Shown: positions 24,735-37,652, counted from the stretch's first letter. The stretch is 38,771 nucleotides of DNA from Octopus bimaculoides (GCF_001194135.2 NC_068983.1:151072263-151111033), one strand, 5' to 3'. Notes: generated by a model not told the origin, from the sequence alone. Made by a program: numbers and translations.

Positions 24735-25123
24735 TTTCAGACAACTTCGGAATCTCCTGCAACTCTTCTTGACGGTCCCCTTGCTTAAGTCGGTGAATGC
24801 TACCATAATCCTTGCCTTCAGTTCATCTTTGGTGTTACAAAGGAGTTTTGCTGGTCTCTCGCTCGATTGCGCCCCATGCATAATAATCAAGGGGCTTGCA
24901 GTTTGGAGAGTTAGGTGACCAGATGTTAGGTATGATGTGGCCGCAGAAATTGTCTGACAGCCATGACAGGTTTCTCCTAATTGTGTGGCATAGTGCAGAA
25001 CCCTGTTGCCAGACATAAGGTCTTCCAGTAGCCACTCTCTTGACACAGGGCAGCACTACCACATCCAGGCACTTGATGTAGGCCTCTGTGTAGAGTGTGA
25101 GGCCGTGTGGGGCAATGAATGAA
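24735..25123 (-). pseudogene. maT (DD37D) transposase C-terminal fragment
   Basis: PHGLTLYTEAYIKCL..PYVWQQ(G)SALCHT..WSPNSPNCKPLDYYAWGAIER, frameshift, CNTKDELKARIM. 37 residues separate the second catalytic position (GAT mutated to GGT) from the D of LDY. No TIRs seen. Confidence 0.8.
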
Positions 25124-25142
25124 AGCAAGGCTTTGATCTGGC

Positions 25143-25198
25143 AGAGGCTATAGTAGAAAATACTTGTCAAGGGGTCATAATAGAGTCTGAACTCATAC
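25143..25198 (-). mobile_element. Degenerate SINE family 1 fragment at the 5' truncation of the maT remnant
   Basis: GAGGCTATAGTAGAAAATACTTGTCAAGG matches GAGGCTATAGTAGAAGACATTTGCCCAAGG near 27051. Confidence 0.55.
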
Positions 25199-25679
25199 TT
25201 TTAACTATAATTTTGTTTAACTTTTCATGCCAAGTGCGCCAGTTATTTTTTGTTATATTTAATTTCTGTTGCGGTACACAGAGCTAAAAAAAAAATTAAA
25301 ACCCATTCCCTTAAGCAACGGTCATGCTGCTTAAGAACCCTGTCCATTTGGCCATCTGCCGTTCTCAAACAGATAATCAAACAAAACTGTTAAAACTAAC
25401 AAATAAATAGATATAAAATAACAGTATGATGGAAGGAAAGGCTGTTTTGGGTGAAAGGGTAAAACGAGAAATAGGAACGAGGGGGACAAAATGTGAAAGG
25501 TGACATTCCGAGACATTAAGAAGTAATAAAGCTAGAACTGTGTGTTTGTATAAAATGCAGATGTTAAACTATTTACATTTTATTAATATATCAATCAGTA
25601 CTTTGTTTGGGTAGAAAAAAAGGGGGAAGCTTCGTGTGTCTTTTTATCCGTATGAGTGCGTGTTTCTGTTTGAACGCAC

Positions 25680-25716
<37 letters not shown>

Positions 25717-25917
25717 TACATTCATACGTATAAAGAGCTTTTTATACAATGATCTACATCGAATAGACATATATACATGTCCGTACTAGGTCGTCTGTCC
25801 TCTCCTGGGTGCCATTCTACCAGATATAGTGTATGTATGCTGGACATGGACACACGCGCACACACACGCACACATACATGCACACACACGCACACATGCA
25901 CACACACACACACACAT

Positions 25918-25949
<32 letters not shown>

Positions 25950-26384
25950 TCTCACACACACACGCACAAACATAAGCACAAAAAACCGCGCATACTTTGA
26001 CAAATGAATAAACACATTGACGCATGTACACACTCTCACGCCACATAAACACACACACATTGTGATATCGTGCCGCGGGTGTTTATAATAGAACCATTAC
26101 TATCTGCTGTCAGAAAGGTTGTGTAAGGTCAGGTTGCATGTATACGGGGAGGCGTGTGTATGTATGCCGGTGTGTATATGTGTATGCATGTATATTGGAA
26201 GAGTTGGAAGTGTATTTTGTTTATTTATCTCTATCATTTTCATCAACCGCAATTCCTCTCGTCATGCTCCACTCAGTGGTGTGTAACAGATGTATGTAAA
26301 TGCGAGTTAATGTTGAAGCCATGTTACTCTATGTGTATATGTGAGCAAGCGTATGTACGTTTGTATCTATTTAACTGCTATCTA

Positions 26385-26510
26385 TGAAGATGTTTGCTTT
26401 CCAACGACAAGGTTACGGGTTCAGTCCCACTGTCTGGGTGGCACATTGGGCAAGTGCCTTCTAATGTAGCTTCGAGCTGACCAAAGCCTTGTGAGCGGAT
26501 TTGGTAGAGG
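26385..26510 (+). mobile_element. SINE family 1, 5' fragment
   Basis: GGGTTCAGTCCCACTG...GGCACATTGGGCAAGTG...CCAAAGCCTTGTGAGCGGATTTGGTAGA. Confidence 0.8.
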
Positions 26511-26697
26511 GTTCTTCATTGGAAAATACTAGCAATATGTATGTGAGTTTTTCTTTTTTCAATTGTGCAAATGCAGTCAGCCTTTTGCAAATAAATATTT
26601 AACGCTCCATCCAACCTCATTTCAAGTCATTATCACATCTGCCTTTCATGCTGCTTAAATCAATAAGATAAACAACTAAGTCTTCTGTTTGTTTGTG

Positions 26698-26749
<52 letters not shown>

Positions 26750-26949
26750 CTTTTACTCTTTTACTTGTTTCAGTCATTTGACTGTGGCCATGCTGAAGCA
26801 CCGCTTTTAGTCGAGCAAATCGACCCCGGGACTTATTCTTTGCAAGCCTAGTACTTATTCTATCGGTCCCTTTTTGCCGATCCGCTAAGTGACGGGGGCA
26901 TAAGCACACCAGCATTGGTTGTCAAGCAATGCTAGGGGGACAAACACAG

Positions 26950-26984
<35 letters not shown>

Positions 26985-27156
26985 CATATATACGACGGGC
27001 TTCTTTCAGTTTCCATCTACCAAATCCACTCACAGGGCTTTGGTCGGCCCGAGGCTATAGTAGAAGACATTTGCCCAAGGTGCCACGCAGAGGGACTGAA
27101 CCCGGAACCATGTGGTTGGTAAGCAAGCTACTTACCACACAGCCACTCCTGCGCCT
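26750..27156 (-). mobile_element. SINE family 1, full length, young, inside a (TA)n tract
   Basis: RC matches the 22297 copy end to end. Confidence 0.93.
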
Positions 27157-27303
27157 ATATATATATATATCTATGCCGCTTGTGTGTTTTCTCGTCTCTG
27201 TTTTGTTTGCAATGTCCTGTACCCAGATATGCACCTATACATACAGGTGGATGTCGGTATGCACATACCTGTACGTATATATGCATATACTCATTTACTA
27301 TTT

Positions 27304-27345
<42 letters not shown>

Positions 27346-27355
27346 NNNNNNNNNN

Positions 27356-27402
<47 letters not shown>

Positions 27403-28359
27403 CACATATATATATAATACATACGTGCATATACACACTCACACATACACACATATATCTATATATGCTACATATGTGGGCAATTCTGTCTGTAGTTGTG
27501 TTTGTGGAGTTGTTAGCTAACTCCTCCTACATTGTTTTATCGATTTTAATGAAAGTTGAGACGCAGGTAGAACTCATGTCTAGAAACCTCATGTCATACT
27601 CAGATTGTTGAAATAAACCCGATAATAGTGCCCCTACAAGGAATCCTTATATATACATATATATCTAATATGTTTTATTTTAAAAGGTAAGGGAAAAACT
27701 CATTCGCCCTTGGAAGGAATTCTTATATATATAGCCAAGGGAAATAACACATTAATTTTCCTAAATTATTTGGTAAAAATGAAGCTGAATATGCTTATTT
27801 CTTAGTATTTGAACTGTTAGAGTTATCTTCACAGTTTATCCAGTACAACGCTTAAACAAGTAAATAATATTTTCCTAAACAATAAATCCACTTATGTCGG
27901 TGAGTGACTTATTCACGAATATACAAACACTAGCGCACCTGAGGGTAACATTCTCTGGGAACGAACAAACGCCCTTTCCAGAGTTATTTACTTTGAATTG
28001 TTATTATCTCATAGCTAATTAGCCTGTTATTACGTAACATGCTTCACGATTTTAGTATACATACCTTATTAGTATTTCCTCCTATGTTCTATATACTCTC
28101 TGAACGCATTAAATCCCTTTTCGGGGCTACTTTATTTGAACTCTTACTAACGGGTAACTAATTTCATGTTATTACATAACTGACTTCACAATTTGGGTAT
28201 TCATAGCTTATTGGGAATTTCTAAAACAACATCCTGTGTAAGACAGTTCTGTATTCTCTGAAAATGCAAAAACCCTTTTAAGGGCTACATACTTTGTATT
28301 GTTGTTATTGAATTAACGAAACAATTATGAGAATGGAACCAAGGGATAAGCCCCGCTTT

Positions 28360-28388
28360 CCCGGTAATTACCGGGTACGTCAGCAAGT
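28360..28388 (+). mobile_element. Helitron-like 3' terminus
   Basis: Perfect 16-bp palindrome CCCGGTAATTACCGGG, 8-nt spacer, then CAAG|T (canonical CTAG|T). Confidence 0.5.
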
Positions 28389-28393
28389 ATATA

Positions 28394-28440
<47 letters not shown>

Positions 28441-28988
28441 GTTGAACTTTAAAACAAACAGTCGTATGGAAGGTTTCATTTTAACAAAGATTGAAGTTAA
28501 GTCAGTGTTGACAAATTGTCTAATTATTTCTTCCTTAATATCGCTTAGTANNNNNNNNNNNNNNNNNNNNNNNNNNNNNNNNNNNNNNNNNNNNNNNNNN
28601 NNNNNNNNNNNNNNNNNNNNNNNNNNNNNNNNNNNNNNNNNNNNNNNNNNNNNNNNNNNNNNNNNNNNNNNNNNNNNNNNNNNNNNNNNNNNNNNNNNNN
28701 NNNNNNNNNNNNNNNNNNNNNNNNNNNNNNNNNNNNNNNNNNNNNNNNNNNNNNNNNNNNNNNNNNNNNNNNNNNNNNNNNNNNNNNNNNNNNNNNNNNN
28801 NNNNNNNNNNNNNNNNNNNNNNNNNNNNNNNNNNNNNNNNNNNNNNNNNNNNNNNNNNNNNNNNNNNNNNNNNNNNNNNNNNNNNNNNNNNNNNNNNNNN
28901 NNNNNNNNNNNNNNNNNNNNNNNNNNNNNNNNNNNNNNNNNNNNNNNNNNNNNNNNNNNNNNNNNNNNNNNNNNNNNNNNNTATATAT

Positions 28989-29243
28989 AGACGTGGCCTC
29001 TGTGGTAAGAAGCTTGCTTTCCAACCACATGGACCCGGTTTCAGTCCCACTGGCACCGTGGCAAAGTGTCTTCTTCTAAAGCCTGGGGCCGACCAAAGCC
29101 TTATAGGTGTTTGTCCTCCCACCGTCGCTTGACAACCGATGTTGGTGTGTTCATGTCGCTGTAACAGTTCGGCAGAAGAGACCGATAGAATAAGTACTAA
29201 GCTTACAAAGAATAAGTCCTGAGATGGATTTTTTCGACTAAAA
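28989..29243 (+). mobile_element. SINE family 1 with internal deletion removing the microsatellite; tail truncated
   Basis: CCAAAGCCTT is joined almost directly to GTGTTTGTCC. Confidence 0.8.
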
Positions 29244-30165
29244 AGGGCTGCACACACATACATAGGTGTAAAAATGTATACGCACATTAACACATACAAA
29301 CATGCACGTATATACATATAAGTTTAACCTGCACTACGGATACAATACATTTCTAAAGATTTTACAGCCATGTGGAATTCTGTAACGCAAAATCTGTTAC
29401 ACACTGCCTTCCATGTAACATAGACGTTTGTATCGCCAACGAAAATATGACTCTCGTTGCGGAACATCGTCTTACGAAGACATGTTAAGAAACACAACGT
29501 TTCCATAACGAAGGAAGTTCCTGTATATATACAGTTATGTATGCGCATGCATGTATCTGTGTGTGTGCGGGGCACGTGCATACGTATGTACGTATGTATG
29601 TATGTATGTATGCATGTATGTATGTATGTATCTCTATAAACATGTATGCGCGCACGTGTTTGTGCATGTTGATGAGTGTTGTGTGTGTTCACGTGTATGT
29701 ATTAGGGTAAGTGTATATAATCTTTATAAGTATACAGTTACATAGTGTTGATATGTCCATATTCTTTGCATACTTTGTGGATAGAATTCTAGATATAATT
29801 GTTAGAGTATGTTTATATATGTCTGTCTACTACTCTGTCGAGCTACCTTGATAGATATACTCGTACAATGTACATACATATATACATATATACGTACAAA
29901 TATACATACGTACTTATATATATATNNNNNNNNNNNNNNNNNNNNNNNNNNNNNNNNNNNNNNNNNNNNNNNNNNNNNNNNNNNNNNNNNNNNNNNNNNN
30001 NNNNNNNNNNNNNNNNNNNNNNNNNNNNNNNNNNNNNNNNNNNNNNNNNNNNNNNNNNNNNNNNNNNNNNNNNNNNNNNNNNNNNNNNNNNNNNNNNNNN
30101 NNNNNNNNNNNNNNNNNNNNNNNNNNNNNNNNNNNNNNNNNNNNNNNNNNNNNNNNNNNNNNNNN

Positions 30166-30210
<45 letters not shown>

Positions 30211-30473
30211 ATGCTTATAAATATATATATATGTATATGCACTCTCAATAACTCACGCGTGCACACAGAAGCATATACGCGCGCGCGCGCAAACACACAT
30301 ATAGAGTGATGTATTCATAAATACAGAAATAAAAATATGCTTAGATATTTAATATATGTATGCGTGGATAGTTAAAATATATATGTGTGTGTGTGTATGT
30401 ATGGAATTATTAGCATAAAAACACACACACATATATATATGTACATACACACAACCATCCATCCCTACATATA

Positions 30474-30510
<37 letters not shown>

Positions 30511-30805
30511 AGTTCCTAATGGAATACAGGACGTGATATTCTAGAACAATGACCGACTCCTCACGTATCTTAATGGCAGCCATTTGTGTGGTCTCGCAGG
30601 TGGCATTGAAATAAATATTAGTGAAATGAAGACCTACGCGGTCATTTTGTCATATATTATACGAAGATTATTAACTATTACAATTAAACGCTCTCTTCAA
30701 GCTGCTTTAACTCACATAGGTGTACAAGCTCGCACATATACACGAGATAAAAATAAAAACGAATGTTCAATGTTTATGTAAAGGCGTGTTTATATTGCCT
30801 ATGTG

Positions 30806-31127
30806 AGGGCGCGTAGCTTAGTGGTTAGGGTACTCGACACACGATCGTAAGGTTATGGGTTTCATTTCCTGCGGCACCTTGTGTCTTTCAACTAGTCACT
30901 TTATTTCACGTTGCTCTGGTCCACTCAGATGTGAAAAATGAGTTGTACATATATTTCAAATGTCCAGCCTTGTCACATTATGCGTCGCGCTGAATCTCCC
31001 TGAGAATTACGTTAAGGGTACAAGTGTTCGTGGAGTGTTCAGCCACTTGCACATTATTTTCATAAGCAAGATGTTCCGTTTATCGGATCAACTGGAACCC
31101 TCGTCGTCGTAACCGATGTAGAGCCAG
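30806..31127 (+). mobile_element. SINE family 2, tail variant C
   Basis: TAGCTTAGTGG A-box, CACTTTATTTCACGTTGCTC domain, 3' half distinct from the 18163 and 13852 copies. Confidence 0.72.
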
Positions 31128-31154
31128 TCATTTTCTTTATGTTGCCATTTTCTT

Positions 31155-31453
31155 TACAGGGCCAGATAGTGCAACAGGTTGGGTTTCAAGGACCCCTAGC
31201 TCTTCAATATTCTCGCCAAGATACCTACATGGGGTGTATGTAGGTATTTTCAAGACAAAACTGGTTCTCCTCCTGTCAAGAGTTCCGGATGAACCTATCT
31301 TTCGACATGAAACGCAGATGAGGGCGGCAACATCAAACTCGCTCATTAACCAAAAGCCATATATCAGAGAAGGTTTCAAGTAGGGAAAATGTAGCAAAGC
31401 TAACGGTGTCACAGCATGGCCGCAGCCCTCGAGCTGAAACTAGTAAATTAAAA
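31155..31453 (+). mobile_element. CR1-group LINE 3' end (ORF2 C-terminus plus 3' UTR)
   Basis: Translates RAR-stop-CNRLGFKDP-stop-LFNIL, frameshift, LHGVYVGIFKTKLVLLLSRVPDEPIFRHETQMRAATSNSLINQ, stop at 31381. Homologous to the minus-strand copy. Confidence 0.75.
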
Positions 31454-31468
31454 TTTCAAATATACGTA

Positions 31469-31529
<61 letters not shown>

Positions 31530-31534
31530 ATACA

Positions 31535-32368
31535 GGAGCACCACTGTGATCTTTCTGATTTTCTCAGTCTTGGGTGTTTCACATCACAACTTTTGTACGA
31601 CGTGCCTTTGTCCCAGTTGTTGGCCCATTTTGTGTATAAGTGAGTTTGATTCTGTTGCCTTTGGTTGCACCTCGTGTGGGATTGTTGGTTCATCCGGTAT
31701 TATGGAGAAGAGGATGTCTAGTTCCATTTTAAAGACATATACTTCCACCTTATGCAGAGTTTTCAATTTTTGTGGCAGGGCTTTGAATAGCTGCGGGCCT
31801 TTGAATCCTAGACTATTGCACTACCTGGTCCTGAATTTTGAAGAAGTGGATACTACCCTTGGTAAAATACAATGGCGGCCAGTTCTAGCATTTGTATAAC
31901 ACTCAATGCCGAAAATTAGGTATTAGCCATTCTACAGTTTTCCTTGTGTAGGTTATTGCATATCTGTTGCCCATTCATTCCGAGTAGTAGAGTTGCAGTT
32001 TTCTCAGCCTATCCTTGTAGATCTGCACTTCAAGCTCCACTGTTAGCTTGATACTATGTGGTTACCATAACTGGGAACAATAGTCCAGGAAGCCGAGGAC
32101 AAAGTTTCTCTACAGGGCCAACATAGTTTCTTGGTCTCTTGTCTTCAAGGACCTCAGCACCCAACCTGCCGGTATTCTGCACTTTGATGCTATCTTGGTA
32201 ATGTTCATATCAAATAATGCATTATTGCACATACTGATGCCCAAGTCTTTCACTGCCTGTGATTCTGGGATTGTAGTGACTTCGGGTTCTGTATATGCAG
32301 GTTGTACTGTATTTGTGAGTTGATAGTGTAGTGCTTCAAATTTTCCAGCATTAAACTGCATGTTGTTT
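31535..32368 (-). mobile_element. CR1-group LINE ORF2 C-terminal remnant, 5'-truncated
   Basis: MQFNAGKFEALHY..VKDLGI..AGWVLRSLKTRD..FLDYCSQLW..RYAITY..GFKGPQLFKALP..FKMELD..IPDEP..ESNSLI, typical post-RT region of CR1/L2-group ORF2, with stops and frameshifts. Clade assignment is from recalled motifs. Confidence 0.82.
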
Positions 32369-32965
32369 ATATATATATATATATACAATACGTATATAGA
32401 AGCGTGTATGGATATGTGCGTCTGTGTATACATATAAAGAAATATATGTGCATTCCCTCAAGAAATATTGAGAATAGTTAAACATACTTGATTGCATGGA
32501 TCGTTCATCTAATTTCTGCTTTTGTTTAGCCTAGGCAAATAAAAATATACGAAATAAAACAAAGGTTAAGAAAACAGTAAATATAAAACACTCTCTAAAA
32601 AACTTATCACCCCACAAGGATAAATATAAGATGACTATAAATTTACTTATTTACAAAACAATGAGAACAAACCACAAAATAAGATGAACAAAGTATTAAT
32701 TGTAAATTGTTAAGTAAATGCAAAGTAAATTATATATTTTTCTCGGAAAGATAAAGTAAAACCAATCAAGGAAACAACAAATTATCGATTCAGTTCAAAA
32801 TTCATAATAGTGTACAAGATTATTAGAAAACAACATTTCTTGGAATAGTAATTTACTCAAGATATATTTGTGATGAATTTTCTGTTATTTCCTTCTCCTT
32901 TTCGTTTTCTACATTCATATGTTTGTCTTTCTCTTAATCAATGTATATTCACACATACGCACCAT

Positions 32966-33014
<49 letters not shown>

Positions 33015-33015
<1 letters not shown>

Positions 33016-33144
33016 CAATATATATAAAATTCAGAATGTCTATCTGTGTGTGCTTCTGTATTTGTGCATCACTAAAACTCGAGAACTACCTAACCGATTG
33101 CATTCAAATTTTACCCATGCCACACTTAGGGTCCATGCAGTGTC
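33015..33144 (+). mobile_element. Non-autonomous Helitron/Helentron-like 5' segment
   Basis: A|TC-AATATATATAAAA start, TCTATCTGTGTG tract, AACTACCTAACCGATTGCATTCAAATTT motif resembling DINE-1/Lep1-like elements; ends in a gap. Confidence 0.45.
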
Positions 33145-34088
33145 NNNNNNNNNNNNNNNNNNNNNNNNNNNNNNNNNNNNNNNNNNNNNNNNNNNNNNNN
33201 NNNNNNNNNNNNNNNNNNNNNNNNNNNNNNNNNNNNNNNNNNNNNNNNNNNNNNNNNNNNNNNNNNNNNNNNNNNNNNNNNNNNNNNNNNNNNNNNNNNN
33301 NNNNNNNNNNNNNNNNNNNNNNNNNNNNNNNNNNNNNNNNNNNNNNNNNNNNNNNNNNNNNNNNNNNNNNNNNNNNNNNNNNNNNNNNNNNNNNNNNNNN
33401 NNNNNNNNNNNNNNNNNNNNNNNNNNNNNNNNNNNNNNNNNNNNNNNNNNNNNNNNNNNNNNNNNNNNNNNNNNNNNNNNNNNNNNNNNNNNNNNNNNNN
33501 NNNNNNNNNNNNNNNNNNNNNNNNNNNNNNNNNNNNNNNNNNNNNNNNNNNNNNNNNNNNNNNNNNNNNNNNNNNNNNNNNNNNNNNNNNNNNNNNNNNN
33601 NNNNNNNNNNNNNNNNNNNNNNNNNNNNNNNNNNNNNNNNNNNNNNNNNNNNNNNNNNNNNNNNNNNNNNNNNNNNNNNNNNNNNNNNNNNNNNNNNNNN
33701 NNNNNNNNNNNNNNNNNNNNNNNNNNNNNNNNNNNNNNNNNNNNNNNNNNNNNNNNNNNNNNNNNNNNNNNNNNNNNNNNNNNNNNNNNNNNNNNNNNNN
33801 NNNNNNNNNNNNNNNNNNNNNNNNNNNNNNNNNNNNNNNNNNNNNNNNNNNNNNNNNNNNNNNNNNNNNNNNNNNNNNNNNNNNNNNNNNNNNNNNNNNN
33901 NNNNNNNNNNNNNNNNNNNNNNNNNNNNNNNNNNNNNNNNNNNNNNNNNNNNNNNNNNNNNNNNNNNNNNNNNNNNNNNNNNNNNNNNNNNNNNNNNNNN
34001 NNNNNNNNNNNNNNNNNNNNNNNNNNNNNNNNNNNNNNNNNNNNNNNNNNNNNNNNNNNNNNNNNNNNNNNNNNNNNNNNNNNNNNNN

Positions 34089-34352
34089 CTATACTATATA
34101 TAAAACAGAGATGTGTGTGTAATCGCTTATCACGTGAAAACGGCTTCACTATTTACTTCCATACTTGTGATGCATGAATAATTTGACCTCGGATAAATCT
34201 TAGGCTCTTCATTTGATTTTTTAAATTAAAAATAAATAATATTGCTTTATATTTATGATTCACTTCTTTAAAAAGGTTCCTCAATGTCAACTTCCGGTAT
34301 TGACGTAACAACGGCTTACATACTTGTGATGCAATGTCAACTTCCGGTATTG
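34089..34352 (+). mobile_element. Helitron-like 5' segment with internal short direct repeats
   Basis: CTATACTATATATAAAA start. AACGGCTT..CATACTTGTGATGCA occurs twice and CAATGTCAACTTCCGGTATTG occurs twice. Confidence 0.4.
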
Positions 34353-34723
34353 CGCGCGCGCATACACACGTGTGTCTTTGTAAATATGTTTGTATACATT
34401 TATGTAAGTGTGTGTTTGTAATAGACAGAGTGTGAGTGAGTCAAGGCGTGTGTTGTCATATGTATCCATCATTTTTGGATGTATGAGTGCATGTGAGTGT
34501 GTGTGTGAGACAGAGTGAGAGCGGTGTGTATGTAGTATTTACTCTCTCTCTCTCTCTCATACACACGCACACACACTCACTCACACACAAAGATGTATGC
34601 ATATTTATGCATGTACGTATACATGACAACAAACCTCTCTCTCTCTCTCTCTCACACACACACTCTCTCTCTCTCTCTGTCTCTGTCACACACACATACA
34701 CACGTCCATTTCATCTGATGTAT

Positions 34724-34761
<38 letters not shown>

Positions 34762-34886
34762 TCGTGCGTGCGTGCGTGGGGGGTTCCACAATCGCCATTT
34801 ATTTCAATTACTCTTGTGAGGATATTCACGTAAATCATTTCTTTCATTTAATCCCCATTTTAATTTTCGTAAAAGTTTCCAAGTAC

Positions 34887-34963
34887 CATCATCATCATCA
34901 TCATCATCATCGTTTAACACCCGCTTTCCATGCTAGCATGGGTTGGACGATTTGACTGAGGAC
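34887..34963 (-). mobile_element. RTE-type LINE or SINE 3' end with (GAT)n tail
   Basis: RC ...CCAACCCATGCTAGCATGGAAAGCGGGTGTTAAACGATGATGATG; short tandem-repeat tail typical of RTE-clade elements; truncated by a gap. Confidence 0.6.
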
Positions 34964-35284
34964 NNNNNNNNNNNNNNNNNNNNNNNNNNNNNNNNNNNNN
35001 NNNNNNNNNNNNNNNNNNNNNNNNNNNNNNNNNNNNNNNNNNNNNNNNNNNNNNNNNNNNNNNNNNNNNNNNNNNNNNNNNNNNNNNNNNNNNNNNNNNN
35101 NNNNNNNNNNNNNNNNNNNNNNNNNNNNNNNNNNNNNNNNNNNNNNNNNNNNNNNNNNNNNNNNNNNNNNNNNNNNNNNNNNNNNNNNNNNNNNNNNNNN
35201 NNNNNNNNNNNNNNNNNNNNNNNNNNNNNNNNNNNNNNNNNNNNNNNNNNNNNNNNNNNNNNNNNNNNNNNNNNNNNNNNNNNN

Positions 35285-35336
<52 letters not shown>

Positions 35337-35382
35337 TACATCTATCAATTTTTCTATCGATCTGTCTGTTTGTCTGTATATA

Positions 35383-36330
35383 TTGGGTTGGTTAACATTT
35401 CCGTTCGTTTTTTTTCTTGTCGACACTAAACCTCAAGCACTCAGCTGCTAACTCTACTCTCTGTTTTGCATGCGTATTCGTTAGATACATGACACTTCCA
35501 CGTAGTTCGACATGAAGTTGCGACGAGACAGGTTGTATTTTGTGTGCTTGGGATCACTCTGGATATGTATTGCTAAAATAAATATTATCGACACCTCATG
35601 CTGTTTTATTTCAAAAATACTCCTCGATCTGGTCGTTAAACTGAAATTAACACCGTCATAAATCCACATTATTCTACCAAGATGCTCGCAGATATTCCCC
35701 AAGTATCCAAATCGATTATTGAAAGCCATCTGCATCAACCAGCAGGTCTCTTGTTTAGGCCCCACACCAACTGAATAAGGCGAACCTCACCCATTGCAGA
35801 AACGTAAAGAAAATTATTTTCTGTAGAGAATTATGATAGGGATCAAAAAATGGATTGTGTATAAGACTGTGAAACGCAAACAATCATTGAGGAAACGCAA
35901 TAAACTACTAAAAACAACCCCCAAAGCAGGACTTCGTCTGAAAAAATTTATGCTTTTAGTTTGATGGTATTAGAAGGGTGTTTTCTTTCGCGAGATTTTT
36001 CCCACGGACTGGACCATTAGTTAGGATACGACCTGTGACCAGCTGGATAAATTAAACTCAACCATCCACCAGAAGTGCCCAGCACTTGCTAATCGTAAGA
36101 GCATTATCTTTTATTGCGAAAATGTCAGACAGCACGCATTGCAGACGCAGTAGAAATTACTTTGGGACTTGCCTGGGCAGTGTTGCCGCACCCTCCATAT
36201 CTGCCCGACCTTGCACCTTCAGATTTCCACCTGTTTCGATCTCTTAAATATTCTTTGAATGAACAGACCTGAAGAAGATGTAAGAATTCACCTGGAAGAG
36301 TTTTACGCCAGTAAAGACAAGAAGAATGGA
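35383..36330 (+). mobile_element. Decayed mariner (DD34D) transposon
   Basis: TA|TTGGGTTGG TIR-like start. Fragments YRHLMLFYFK, PRSGR, NPHYSTKMLA, PHQL, KWIVY, TTPKAGL, QLDKLN..RKSIIFYCENVRQH, WAVLPHPPYLPDLAPSDFHLFRSL, with many stops, frameshifts and deletions. No 3' TIR found. Confidence 0.85.
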
Positions 36331-36363
36331 TCTTCCCACTATTTAGTGGCATTTCTTCCAATG

Positions 36364-36522
36364 TTTTATATTCTGCGTTCAAATCCCGCTGGAGCACACT
36401 TTGTCTCTATTCTTTTGAGGGTATTTAAAATAAAGTACCAGTCAAGTGCTGGTATCAATGTAATCGACTAACTCTTTTACCTAAAATTGCCAGCCTTGTA
36501 TCAAAATTTGGAACAATTATAT
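36364..36522 (+). mobile_element. SINE family 3, 5'-truncated and degenerate, next to the mariner break
   Basis: TTCTGCGTTCAAATCCCGC...AAAGTACCAG...GTAATCGACT...CAAAATTTGG. Confidence 0.68.
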
Positions 36523-37652
36523 TAGTTGCTCGTCATCCCTTCGGTGTTTATAATATAAAGAAAGTTTGAAAAAAATTTTGTGAAATTATTTACGTCTTTC
36601 ACATCAACAAGGTTCACTAATTCGTCGCTGCTACATTAGTCACCAGTGAGTAGTAAAACGAACGGAGTTCTCAATACAACACACCAATAGAATACAATTA
36701 ATTTTACCTCATAGTCCGTCCTCTTCCGTTAGAAAACTGTTTTTGCACTGCTAAAGAACATATTTTCCAACATATATGAGTCGTCAGTTGCCGAGAGTTA
36801 AACATAAATCTATGAAGCTGAATTATGAGCATGTGTGTTTGTGTACATCGTGTATATAGAAACGTACATGTACACATTCACCCATCCACATACTTTTATT
36901 TACCTGCATATGTTCGTAAGCCCTGTGTGTGTACATGCGGGTGTTTGTATACGCGTGTATTTATCTATGTTGTATAATGAGGAAGTGGATAGATAACAAC
37001 TCTAAATATTACACACACACATATGTGTGTGAATGTGTTTGTGTGTGTGCGTACATGTGTTTGTGTGTGTGTTAATAGATACTGATAAATTACTAGCTCG
37101 TAATTCTGATTTTTTACTTTGCCGATTATTAAATAACTTGAACTAAAAAGATAGCCTGACCATACATATATAGAAGAATCAGTAAGCACACCGAGATGTG
37201 ACTAGCCATCAGTTTTTAATCCGTTGCCAAAAAACCCGTTGGAAAATGCACCGTATATTGATATACTCAACTGACAGAGGTAAACATGTGATAAACATAT
37301 TGATTCATATACAATAACACGATATTTTCAAATCCTGACCAAGCAAACTGGTCATGGCTAATGAATATTTAATTCGGCCAAATAACTAAATGTTTCTTAG
37401 CTTTTCTTTTCTGCTTTGTCCCCCACCCCCCATTAAATATAGATATAGAAAATCCATTAAATTGGAAAATAAATTATTTTAGCAATTTGGAGTTTAGAAA
37501 TTCCTTAATAAATATCAATGTAGACATCTTCATAAATCCGTTTATTACAATCTCTTGCTCAAAATTGCAAAAGCTATCTGAAAATATTCTCCTTCGAGAA
37601 ACAAAGAAACACAAATCTGGAGCAAAATTATAAGGGGACGCATGTTATATAA

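Noticed and set aside
29381-29486. Three consecutive small hairpins (TGTAAC/GTTACA, CAACGA/TCGTTG, AACAT-GTCTT/AAGAC-ATGTT)
   Set aside because: Stems are short, and roughly one such cluster is plausible by chance in 39 kb. No recognisable RNA family.
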